From contig JAUCBJ010006877.1 of assembly GCA_032718475.1 (NCBI GenBank), positions 1-38,803 on the forward strand: 38,803 nucleotides of DNA, written 5' to 3'. Below, piece after piece: positions 10,323 to 20,054 of this stretch. A model generated the notes under the pieces. The model was not told the DNA's origin, did no database searches, and worked only from the letters and a program-made list of their open reading frames with translations. Within the stretch, counting starts at the first letter, position 1. Each line of letters starts with the position of its first letter. The translations under genes and the position numbers were made by a program. The DNA is from Nemertoderma westbladi. Taxonomy: Eukaryota; Animalia; Xenacoelomorpha.

Positions 10323-13190
10323 TTATTTTACGTAATTTAAGTTCAACATTTCACGAATACGCGAAACGCCATGTTGGCGACAGATAACAGACACACCCCG
10401 TAGGATGCTATTGTCAATGTTGTCAACCCTGTTGAACAAACTCGTAATCGATTTATAACGTAAGTGAATGAATAAAGGTATATTCAGTAGACCAAATGTC
10501 AGAGAAATACTAGTGGATTCTCCATCAGTTATACGGGGTATTTTAAATAGAAATCTAGCACAATTATTGTATGCTACTCGTAGTTTATTATGTGCACTGT
10601 CAGAATAGCTGCGCTTTGCCCAGAGCGAGTTGCAATATATGGGGGTGCAATAGGCTCGGAATAAAGCAAGCTTAACTGGTCGGCTGCAATTGCCAAACTT
10701 GCGTAGCAACATATTACCACGTGCGTATAAGCTATTAGTCTGCTTACGGATATCAAAATCGTCATCTAACGTACAATGTATTAAATGTCCTAAGTAGTTA
10801 AATTTATCAACAATATCAAGTTTCACATCATAAAGAAATACTGCGGACTTAGCGCTGCAGCTTATATCTCTTGGTAAAAAATACATACATTTAGATTTCT
10901 TCTTATTGAAAGTCATAGAGTTATTAGAGGCGTAACTAACAGCAACATCTATTAACTTTTGTAACCCGTAAATTGAGTTTGACAGCAAACAGATATCATC
11001 AGCATAACCCAAGTGATTTACCCTGATATTACCCATATAACATCCAACCCCGCTTAATGTTAATTGAATGCTTAAATCATCTAAATAAACATTGAAAAAC
11101 AGGGGAGACAGAATGCCACCCTGTTTTGTACCATTAGTCACCGTAAATTTCGGTGAGACTATACCCGCCCAAACAACACACATCAACTGCGACCTATACC
11201 AATAAATAATCAGACGCACAATATATAGGGGAATATTTCGATCAATAAGTTTGCGAAAAAGTACAAAGTGGTTAACTTTGTCAAAAGCTTTGCTGGCGTC
11301 TAGCATACACACATAAACGGGTGTGTTCTTACTTAAATAATAATTGAGAATCTCTTTTAGGGCATATACGCAGGTTTCAGTGCCAAGCTTCGACTTGAAG
11401 CCAAACTGGTTATCGGTAGTGTACAGAAGGGAAAGACACCTATGTAAGATAACATTTTCTAAAATTTTACTGAGCACTGTAGCAATTGAAATACCTCTAT
11501 AATTATCCTTAGACGTGTGGTCATCATTCTTATCCTTAATTAACGGAATTATAATAGATTCCATCATACCAATCGGCATGTAACCGTGGACAAAAATACC
11601 AGTAAAAATAATAGATAGAATATTTAACAAAGAAACACAACAGCCATTTATAAAGTGTTCCGCCAGAAGGCCATCTGGGCCGACGGCCTTGCCACGAGAC
11701 AGATTATTAATCGCCATAAATGTTTCAACAGGAGATACAATATTATCAGCACCAAAAACGGTTTCCTTCAAACGACTGTGTACAAACTCTCGACTGGAGT
11801 CGTCTTTTACACTATTTAGTAGATCATCAAAATGTGATTTCCACATATCGCAGATTTCCCCTGGCCCATTTGCATCACCTACCCTGCTAGGGAGTGGAGC
11901 AAAATCGCACGCTTGTTTATGAACCCCAGACCAAAATTCATTACTGCTAGTGCCTTTAATAAGGGCATTTGCGAGTTTTTCCTCTCGAAATTTTTGTTCA
12001 TTACGTTTACATTCCCGAAGAGAACGTTTAAATTGTGCTTTGCTGCACAGGTATTTCCTATGAATTTCACCATCCCTTGGAGATCCAATAGACCGCCAAG
12101 TTTTAAGCCATTTTCTGGACTCCTCGTATTTATCTTTTACAATATCATTCCAGCCAGGAATGTGGGGGGCAGTGTTACTTTTAGTTTTCCGTGGACTAAT
12201 AGTAGCATTACCACATGTTAGCAAAATATGCACCAGGTTATTATACAATTCATCTATATACTTCTTATGAGTTTCACAGTTTGTATCATTGCACACAATA
12301 AATGACTCATCAATTGGAAAAAATTCTAAAAGTTGACGAGCCTTAATGAGATAGTTATTAATTTGCAAAGGTGTGGCGTGTTCCCAATCCAGAGTATTAC
12401 ACGATTTATGTTGCTGAGCAGGAGTGCCGCCAGCACTTTGTCCATTAACTGTGCCACATATAGACACACTGATAGGAATATGGTCCCTAACACTAATATC
12501 GTAGTTCACATTGATGTTTTTTATCAGCTCAATAGCAGATTGGGAACATACAACATGATCCAACCACGATGTTGACGAATGTGCGTCACTCACGTAAGTA
12601 AACGTATTGGCTGGCAATAACACTGTATCAATGATAGACAGATTTAACTCACTGCACCATTCAGATAGATAATTATAGAATAATCTGCCTGGGTTGGCGT
12701 TAAAATCACCGAAAATCAACAAATGAGAATGAGGTACAGATTCATAAATGGCCTTTAGGCTCCCAAGACAATTACTATAAAGGTCATCATTATCAGGGCA
12801 TTCATATGGCATATAAACATTAAGAATTAATAAAATATCATTATTATTCAACTTAACAGTTATCCCAAAAACCCTATCATTACCTGTTTTAATTATAGCG
12901 GTAGAGTGCGCTATGGATTTTTTCCAAAGTATACCGATACCCCCAAAGGGCCTGCCAACTAATATCTGACTAGATAGATCAACGGGTGACGTACCAAAAG
13001 CATTGTAATTAGGGTGTATATTAGACAAAAATGACAACTCCTGCTTAGGGAGCATTAGTTCTTGCAGTAATAACAAGTCACACCCATTATTACAAGCATC
13101 ATTAATTACATGTAGTGAGTGCAAATTTCTAACAGACCCACAGTTATACGAAACAAAACTTAGGTTGAGGTTAAAGCTTTCATCCGCCAT
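10323..13190 (-). CDS. LINE ORF2: AP-endonuclease plus reverse transcriptase, 955 aa, uninterrupted
   Basis: EN motifs SYNC, LLQE, GGIGI, NVYMP, GDFNA, WLDHV and DH. RT motifs YRGIS, NQFGF, DASKAFD, GTKQGGILSPLFF, YADD and YLG. Confidence 0.96.
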   Translation of the reverse strand: MADESFNLNLSFVSYNCGSVRNLHSLHVINDACNNGCDLLLLQELMLPKQELSFLSNIHPNYNAFGTSPVDLSSQILVGRPFGGIGILWKKSIAHSTAIIKTGNDRVFGITVKLNNNDILLILNVYMPYECPDNDDLYSNCLGSLKAIYESVPHSHLLIFGDFNANPGRLFYNYLSEWCSELNLSIIDTVLLPANTFTYVSDAHSSTSWLDHVVCSQSAIELIKNINVNYDISVRDHIPISVSICGTVNGQSAGGTPAQQHKSCNTLDWEHATPLQINNYLIKARQLLEFFPIDESFIVCNDTNCETHKKYIDELYNNLVHILLTCGNATISPRKTKSNTAPHIPGWNDIVKDKYEESRKWLKTWRSIGSPRDGEIHRKYLCSKAQFKRSLRECKRNEQKFREEKLANALIKGTSSNEFWSGVHKQACDFAPLPSRVGDANGPGEICDMWKSHFDDLLNSVKDDSSREFVHSRLKETVFGADNIVSPVETFMAINNLSRGKAVGPDGLLAEHFINGCCVSLLNILSIIFTGIFVHGYMPIGMMESIIIPLIKDKNDDHTSKDNYRGISIATVLSKILENVILHRCLSLLYTTDNQFGFKSKLGTETCVYALKEILNYYLSKNTPVYVCMLDASKAFDKVNHFVLFRKLIDRNIPLYIVRLIIYWYRSQLMCVVWAGIVSPKFTVTNGTKQGGILSPLFFNVYLDDLSIQLTLSGVGCYMGNIRVNHLGYADDICLLSNSIYGLQKLIDVAVSYASNNSMTFNKKKSKCMYFLPRDISCSAKSAVFLYDVKLDIVDKFNYLGHLIHCTLDDDFDIRKQTNSLYARGNMLLRKFGNCSRPVKLALFRAYCTPIYCNSLWAKRSYSDSAHNKLRVAYNNCARFLFKIPRITDGESTSISLTFGLLNIPLFIHLRYKSITSLFNRVDNIDNSILRGVSVICRQHGVSRIREMLNLNYVK

Positions 13191-13310
13191 TGTTAAGGTT
13201 GGAAAGTTTCAGAATAAGACATTGATTAAAGAAAGAAATATAAACATTTTATAAAAAAAAAATATATATATTTATACATAAAATAATACAAATGATACAA
13301 AAATTATAGT

Positions 13311-13520
13311 TCAAACATCAACCGGAACACTACCGGTTTGATCACTATTCGAAATGCCTACCATTCCACCTCGGGAGTTGACGACAGCAGCGGAGTTATC
13401 ACGCAAGTAGCCAACAAAGTCCGTGATGCGAGTATACATTGGCCACACTGTGGGGTCGAGAAGTTGTTCCCTCTCACCAGACTTGCATGATATGTATATT
13501 GACAATGATTTATGACAATG
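13311..13520 (-). pseudogene. C-terminal fragment of LINE ORF1
   Basis: SIYISC...LLDPTVWP...ITDF resembles the LxxxxWP C-terminal motif of LINE ORF1 proteins. It lies about 120 bp upstream of ORF2 on the same strand. Confidence 0.6.
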
Positions 13521-13571
13521 TATATTTAATTAATAAGAAGGGGTGAGGGTCTGTCTTACAATCTATTGGTT

Positions 13572-13730
13572 GTAGGTTCAGCCCCGCCAGGGTCCACTCA
13601 GCCTTTCATGCATTGAATTACTAGGAACTAAACTTGGAATAGGAGTAACGCCCACCATTACGTTATGGTAGCAGCTATCGAATAAAGAGCCTTGGGGTTA
13701 CCTCCAGATTCGGCCGACTGTTTGCTTGCT
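13572..13730 (+). mobile_element. SINE body fragment
   Basis: GGTTCAGCCCC (B-box remnant) followed by GGTCCACTCAGCCTTTCAT, which resembles a central domain shared by many metazoan SINEs, and a TTGC-repeat tail. Confidence 0.35.
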
Positions 13731-13841
13731 TTTTTGTAAATTAAATTATTTTTTATTCCTACTTGTTCAATTATTTTCCCCCTATTGAGTTGAGAGTATC
13801 TACTAAATTAGTTATAAAAGTTAACTATCTACTTATTTTAG

Positions 13842-14075
13842 GTACATGCCGATAGGAATTATGTTTCTAATTGCTGGAAAGCTTCTAGCTAGTGAAAGTC
13901 TGGCTGATTTATTTAATGTTTTATGGAAATACATGCTGACAGTGTTGGCTGGACTAGCTATCCACGGATTTATTATACTTCCTGTTATTTACACTATATT
14001 CGCGCGAAGTAATCCCTTCAAATTCATATTTGGAATTCTGGAACCGATTCTGACAGCTTTCGGTACTGCATCAAG
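13842..14075 (+). CDS. SLC1A: EAAT exon 5
   Basis: Acceptor ATTTTAG|; (W)YMPIGIMFLIAGKLL...YMLTVLAGLAIHG...NPFKF...TAFGTAS; donor AG|GTAGGT, phase 2. Confidence 0.94.
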
Positions 14076-14224
14076 GTAGGTCTATCAAAATTACTATATT
14101 TGACCATCAATATAAAATTTGAGACCAAATTTATAATTTCCTTATATTTTAGGTTGTCGTTTAATGATACTTAACAAAAATTACCCTTATCTCTTCTTCA
14201 AAACAATGCATAATACTATTTCAG

Positions 14225-14419
14225 CTCTGCAACAATGCCCGTTACAATACGATGTCTAGAAGAGAAAAATGACCTTCTCCCCTCGGTGGTTCGATTTACC
14301 ATCCCTATTGGAGCTACAATAAATATGGATGGTACTGCACTGTACGAGGCTGTTGCTTCGATATTCATCGCCCAATATGAAGGAATGTCTTTGGATTTTG
14401 GACAAATTGTTGTAGTCAG
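14225..14419 (+). CDS. SLC1A: EAAT exon 6 (HP1 serine motif, TM7 NMDGT)
   Basis: Acceptor TTTCAG|; the splice completes ASSSAT; contains [24 protein letters not shown]; donor AG|GTTAGT, phase 2. Confidence 0.96.
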
Positions 14420-14473
14420 GTTAGTTCCTAATATTGTTATAAATCATTATTATGTTATATATTATATTACTTT

Positions 14474-14606
14474 ATAATTAAATATTATATTATTTTATAT
14501 TTTTGATAGACCACAAAATAATGAATGGATCGATACACTCCGTATCTATACGTTCATTTCTTTTGTGGTCTACAGAGAAATATAAAATAATATAATATTT
14601 AATTAT
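14474..14606. mobile_element. Palindromic MITE-like hairpin
   Basis: Near-perfect inverted arms of about 52 bp: ATAATTAAATATTATATTATTTTATATTT...TAGACCACAAAA..AATGAA and its reverse complement. Confidence 0.75.
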
Positions 14607-14609
14607 CCT

Positions 14610-14890
14610 AGTTAGTGTGGCGCCGTCCAGGCCTCACAAGTAGCCGCAAAGAGAAAGGAGCCCGCCGACGGGGTTCCCTGTAGAATGGCGATCCCAGTTC
14701 TCACATACACTTTCCCAGTTCATCCATATTCTTAAGTTCCGTGTGTCCTTGAGAATGAGCAGTCATTTGAGGAAAGGGTGGGCTGTCCGTCTACCACCAT
14801 GCATATTCTCACCAGCACTCTGCCACAGCACAAGGTTGTGTATAGAATAAGGTTGATCCAGCCGCTGTAAACTGGCCGAGCCGAGCAAGC
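14610..14890 (-). mobile_element. Decayed RTE-clade LINE 3' fragment
   Basis: Minus-strand translation DQP..IHNLVLWQ..GENMHGG...ILKDT aligns by eye with the C-terminus of the RTE at 22660-23559 (DQPVHNRVLWQPHGVNKHGG...ILKDT). Confidence 0.65.
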
Positions 14891-14926
14891 TTCAGGTGGT
14901 GGTTCTACATTTATTTTTTTACTTAT

Positions 14927-14928
<2 letters not shown>

Positions 14929-14979
<51 letters not shown>

Positions 14980-15978
14980 GGTCGAGCGAACTCGGACAGT
15001 GGAAATGAGATCCTTCCAGGCTTCCCGATTCTCCATAGTTGTCGCAATTTCGTTTCTCCCAAGTTCAGTATCCCTTTCAAGTTGATCTATATATTTTATG
15101 GCCGGTCGTCCACTACGCTTTCCATGAGTTTGTTGCCAGAGAAGTAGATCTGGTATGACCTCGTCTTTACTTCGCCAGCAGTGTCCACTGACTCTTAATC
15201 TGCTTTCACGGAGGGTGGTTGATACAGGTGGTATTGTTCCATAAAGCTCGGCGTTTGTCATGTGTTGTCTCCAGATGATGTTTAGGACTGCCCTTAGTAG
15301 TCTTTTGTAGCAACCATCAATTCGTTGTTCAAGTGATTTAGTCAGTGTCCCGGTCTCACCCCCGTATAAAAATACACTTTCCACTGTGGCTCGAAAGAAC
15401 TTAGTCTTCAGGTGCCTGGAGAGACCTGATTTCCAGATGGTATTCATTTTTGATAGAGCTACCCAAGCCTTTGCTTTCCTCAACTTCTATGTCCTTTTCT
15501 GCTACTCTCTATCCATGATCCAAGGTACTGGAAGTCATCGACCATCCTTAGTTTATTATTATCAATGGTTGTCAAGTTTCCATCAACATTAAAGGTCATG
15601 AATTCGGTCTTTGTAGCATTTATATGCAATCCAACCTCCTTAGCAGCCCTCTCCACTTTATTGCCGGATATCTACTACTTCTGCGTTCTTGAAGTGTGAA
15701 TCCCAGATCTTCACCCTTTGTGGCCGTCCTCATTGCGTAATCTAGCACAATTACAAATAGCAATGGTGCTAATGTGTCACCTTGCAGTACGCCAGCCAGA
15801 ATTGAGAAAAACTCAGTTTCACCATCTGGTGAGAGTACCTGCACTTCTGTGTCACAATATAACAATCCAATGCCAGCATCAATTACTTCTGGTATTCAAT
15901 AAGAAAGCTCTTAGGATTTCAAGCATTTTACCTCTATGGATGGAGTCGAATGCCTTCTTGAAGTCCACAAAAGTCATG
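14929..15978 (-). mobile_element. 5'-truncated, internally deleted RTE-clade LINE with (TAG)17 tail
   Basis: Fragments FVDFKKAFDSIHR, GVLQGDTLAPLLF, FQYLGS, RATVESVFLYG.ET and RLR..GHCWR, with frameshifts. The YADD region is missing. The ORF stop is the first unit of the (TAG)n tail at 14929-14979. Confidence 0.9.
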
Positions 15979-16591
15979 TTTGATTTAATCACAATTTAAA
16001 AAAAAATATAATTTATCCAGCGTTAGACATCAGCTTTGCAGGTTGCAGCCCTGTTTAAACAGTTATTACTGCCTGACTTTTGCTGTATTGCAATATATTA
16101 CAGTATTCAGTTACCGGTATTAGTGCTTCTTTATTAATTTTACTGAATTAGGCCTAACAGAAGTAATTAAAATGACAAGTTCCAGTGCAATCTTCAATGA
16201 TTCTGAAGAAAAACGTATGGTTGACAGGTTCAGAGATGTTACTTTTAGAGAGGGTCGTGATTCTGTGGCATAATCAAACTGAACTCAAACCAAAACAGCC
16301 CTTTTAAGGGCCAGCATCCTTTGCCACTATCGAGGAGCTCCCTGTGCTGCAAAGGGGAAACATGGCTGTAAAGCTGATGACTAACGCTGGATAAATTATA
16401 TTTTTTTAATTGTGATTAAATCAAAAATATTGAAAAATAAGATTGTTTTAAAGAATAGCCTATACAATTTTTATACTTTGCATGCAAGCTCAGAATTAAA
16501 TTCTCATTCAAATGGTATATTACACTAAGGTTTATGTATGGCAGTTTTGGCTGGCCAGGGGGGGTGGGGGCAATCATTTTGGAACACCCGG
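15979..16591 (+). mobile_element. Internally deleted Tc1/mariner-type DNA transposon lacking its outer left TIR
   Basis: Inverted repeat 15979-16037 / 16370-16425. The right end is GGAACACCCGG|TA. An internal short ORF at 16172 (MTSSSAIFNDSEEKRMVDRFRDVTFREGRD) resembles a transposase N-terminus as I recall it. Confidence 0.65.
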
Positions 16592-16906
16592 TACTAATTC
16601 GTTTATTGTTTTGGTTAGATTCAGCCCTTCTGTAGCCGATGTTTTTGGTGAAAACCTATGGTATTATTCTGTTTGCCCTAACTGAAAAGTGAAATATAAC
16701 GGCAGAAGTTTGGTATTCTTCACATGGGCCGAATATTTTCCAATGCTTTTTCCGAGAATGCAAACTTCAGGACAAATATGAGTCACTGAATCGGTTTGTA
16801 TTTATTTATGTAACGCTTTGTTTATTCATGTACTGGTAACACAAACCACCATTCATATATGATGCTCTTGTATTGTACCTATAAACATATTATATTTTTT
16901 ATGTAG

Positions 16907-17041
16907 TTTGACAGCTACACTGGCTAGCATTGGAGCAGCAGGTATACCTTCTGCTGGTCTGGTAACCATGGTTATAATATTGAACGCTTTGGGTCTCCCA
17001 GTAGAAGACATTGCTTTAATTATCCCGATTGACTGGTTGCT
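16907..17041 (+). CDS. SLC1A: EAAT exon 7 (HP2)
   Basis: Acceptor TTTTTTATGTAG|; [46 protein letters not shown]; donor CT|GTAAGT, phase 2. Not in the ORF track. Confidence 0.95.
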
Positions 17042-17225
17042 GTAAGTAGTAACTTGTTATGTTCTAAAATGTTTTATTTGTTCCAATCAATTGTAATTTT
17101 AAATCTGTAATGATAATTTTGACTCATTATGTAAAACAATTTATTTTTAGAATATAATGGATTGGTTTACATTTTTTTTAGAAATTTGAAAATTCTAAAC
17201 ATTTATAAACTAATTGATTTTATAG

Positions 17226-17385
17226 GGACCGATTTCGAACTGCAGTAAATGTTCTTGGAGATTCGATCGGGGCAGGAATAATTAATAAATACGTAAAGAC
17301 TGCAGACGATATCTGTATTGATGAGGAATTGGGCGCTGCTGGAGGTACTGGGATGGGCAGAAAATCATTAATTGGAGTCTATGAG
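17226..17385 (+). CDS. SLC1A: EAAT exon 8 (TM8)
   Basis: Acceptor TTTTATAG|; DRFRTAVNVLGDSIGAGII... The second Arg of DRFRT is the acidic-substrate determinant. The 3' boundary relies on a weak donor GAG|GTCAAG (phase 0). Confidence 0.85.
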
Positions 17386-18520
17386 GTCAAGTTATATTTT
17401 ATTTACATAATATATATTTATAATAAGCAGAAAAATTTTTTTTTTACCAAATTTGTTAGATTTACAGTTGATTGAAGTTCTAACTTGTACAAACAGTACC
17501 TTTCTTTCATCATCTGTTTTGAAAGAAGAGCTCTGAAAAAGGTCTTCGAGTTTAATAGCTTATTATTATATAATAAATAAAATAGAACTATATTATAATA
17601 ACTAATAGTTTATTCAGCGGTATATGGGCCATGCTATTTTGTAGCACCCCCCCCCCCCCCCCCCCCCCCCCGATCATAATATTTTATTTAGAAAGAAAAC
17701 GTATTTTCACGACCATTCTCAGAATGGTTACACAGAATTCAAAATTATATTTCTAGAAAAAAAAACATGTAATTTTGCACAGCATCGTGGTGTTCGTAAC
17801 ACATTTGATCATTTCGATGTTACGATCTGTACATACTGTGATAAGAAAGTTAGAAATGCATGTGCCTGCATTGTGAGGATCAGCACCCAAACAAGCAATA
17901 GCTGCGCTTGTTTATATATGGTCGAAAATTTCCACCCAATTTTTTAAGGTGGAGCAACACTATTGGGTACATAGAACACAATCAGAACAACCTTAGGGAA
18001 TTTCTTAGCCAGTTGTCCAGAATATGAGAAGTGGCAACGGATGATGCTACGGTTGGAGATATGTGCCATTTTATCTGAATGTGCAGTTCAGTATGTTCAG
18101 TATGTGTTTCAAATTTCAAACAATATGATTAAGATTTGTAGAAAAAATCTGGGGGAGGGGGGGGGGGGTGGCGTGTCATCAGAAAATGACACTATATTAC
18201 GGGACATGGTGTTTAATGTACTATTTCATGACAGTGATTGCAAAAAAGATGTATCTTTTCTACTTTTCAAAATTGTTTACAATAATAAAGTTGAATATTT
18301 ATTATTTCACTTAAAACCCCCGAAAAGAGCTGAGTCATATGTAACCTGAGTTCCAATCTCGAGCTTTTCTTCATGTCTCGATATTTTTTAATATAACATG
18401 GGAGTGCATGTGTGGGATAAGTGATAGTAAGTATGTGCAAGTTAACTAAAGGATCAGCTTTACATGGTTTATCAATTAAATAACTAACAATTTAAATCGG
18501 ATATTTTAATATTATTTCAG

Positions 18521-18631
18521 GGTATTGAATTGAAATCCAATCAAGATGTCCCAGCTGGTAAGCAATCACCACTCAACTACTCAGATGATACCCAATCTCC
18601 AGATGACTTACAAATCATTTCTCACCTCTAG
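18521..18631 (+). CDS. SLC1A: EAAT exon 9 (cytoplasmic tail and stop)
   Basis: Acceptor TTATTTCAG|; GIELKSNQDVP...DDLQIISHL-TAG; AATAAA downstream. The spliced CDS is 1593 nt, or 530 aa. Confidence 0.72.
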   Translation, partial: GIELKSNQDVPAGKQSPLNYSDDTQSPDDLQIISHL

Positions 18632-18715
18632 AAATACATTTTAATATGTATAATGTATTAATACATACATAATATTATTAAAGGTGTTGTAACCTATAAT
18701 CTTATCTGTTTTTGC

Positions 18716-18721
18716 AATAAA
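18716..18721 (+). terminator. Candidate polyadenylation signal of the EAAT gene
   Basis: AATAAA about 85 nt after the stop codon. Confidence 0.5.
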
Positions 18722-18727
18722 TGTTAA

Positions 18728-18781
<54 letters not shown>
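18728..18781. repeat. Poly-G homopolymer (54 nt)
   Basis: Directly visible. Shorter G/C tracts occur at 17647-17671 and near 18900-18950, 22490-22509 and 23605-23618. Confidence 0.9.
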
Positions 18782-18850
18782 CTTTGGTCAAAAATATGTC
18801 GAAATTATTTTTATGATCTACATGTATTATGATTGTATTATAATGAACGA

Positions 18851-19942
18851 TTAACCGCCCTAATACTCCCGGGCTATAAAATGTTGTACAAAAAACGGGG
18901 GGGGGGGGGTGTCATATTGACCCCCCCTCCCCCCCCCCCCCCCCCCTCCCCCCTCTAAAATCTACAAATTTTTACGAAAACGTCTGATTTTTTGTTTGTA
19001 CGTAGGTATCACTAGATCTGAATCCGACCGAAAAAAAATTTCGAAAAAATGTACTGGGATGGTGGTTATATTGCAGAACCAAAATTACAAGTAGTGCACA
19101 GTTTTCACAAAATTTGAAAGTTACATTTTTCGGCTAATTGTTTTTCAATACAGGTTTTCTGGGGCGCAAAATACATTGGAAAATATTTAAAAATGATATG
19201 ATTGCTATAAATAGCTGTTTAGTCCTCTCTGCGTAGGAAAAAAATGAAAAAAACAAGTAACTAGCACTTTTCAGTTAGAACACAAAATTTTTGATTCACT
19301 TATACGATGCTATAAATTCACATTTTCAGGATTTCGAGGGCGCTGTTTCTAATGGAATACATTTCTAATATGCCAGATCATTGCTACTTTTATTTTTTGG
19401 CGTAATTTGGAAAATTTTGGTGCAAACACCAAATTTCGTACCCATCACCAAAAAGTACAAGTTTGCGATGTCCATTGCTGTTTTTATTGATTCCATCGGA
19501 TTCAGGACCCTCATAAACTCGTATAACGCAAGAAACAAGATAATACTATTATCTACTGATCAATTTTCTTATTTTCCAAAATTTGGTGCTGGAACAACAA
19601 TTTTCACCCACCGGCGAAAAATACAAGTTTGAAAACTCCTATGAAATTTTTACTGATTCCATTGAATTTAGAACCCTCACAAACCCGAATAACGCAAGAA
19701 ACAAGGTGACACAATCAATTGATATATTTGATGGTTTTCTAAATTTGGTGCTAGCACCACATTTTGCACCCACTTCTGAAAAATACAAGTTTGAGATGTC
19801 TAGTTCTATAATTATATATTTCATTGAATTCAGAACAGCCATAAACCTCTACAATGCAAGAAATAAATTGTCACAAGCAATTTTATCTATTGAATGTAAT
19901 TTTCAAAAAACGTCTCAAAAAATGTGCCAAAAGTAGGGTTAA
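18851..19942. mobile_element. TTAA-flanked (piggyBac-like) non-autonomous element with about 165-bp internal repeats
   Basis: Starts TTAACC and ends AGGGTTAA. It has a subterminal G-tract-TCATATTGA-C-tract, three tandem repeats at about 19411, 19579 and 19741, and inverted partial copies near 19150 and 19330. Confidence 0.55.
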
Positions 19943-20054
19943 AAAATGGTGCTATAACTCGCTATATATATTATATTATATTGTTTTAATTCCTGTACAT
20001 AGATAAAATGTAAATGGGAATAGTAAAACCAAATGCATCATTAAAACATGCTAA

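Larger units (their letters stand above)
10135..13520 (-). mobile_element. 5'-truncated non-LTR retrotransposon (LINE, probably RTE-X-like) antisense in EAAT intron 4
   Basis: (TAA)n 3' tail at 10135-10154 on the minus strand, a short 3' UTR, an intact ORF2 and the 3' end of ORF1. No target-site duplication recognised. Confidence 0.88.

Noticed and set aside
14896-15147. Poly-Leu signal-peptide-like ORF
   Set aside because: It is the antisense reading of the RTE (TAG)n tail.
19381-19936. ORFs of 83 and 117 aa with internal similarity
   Set aside because: They are translations of the 165-bp DNA repeats, with frames not conserved between copies.
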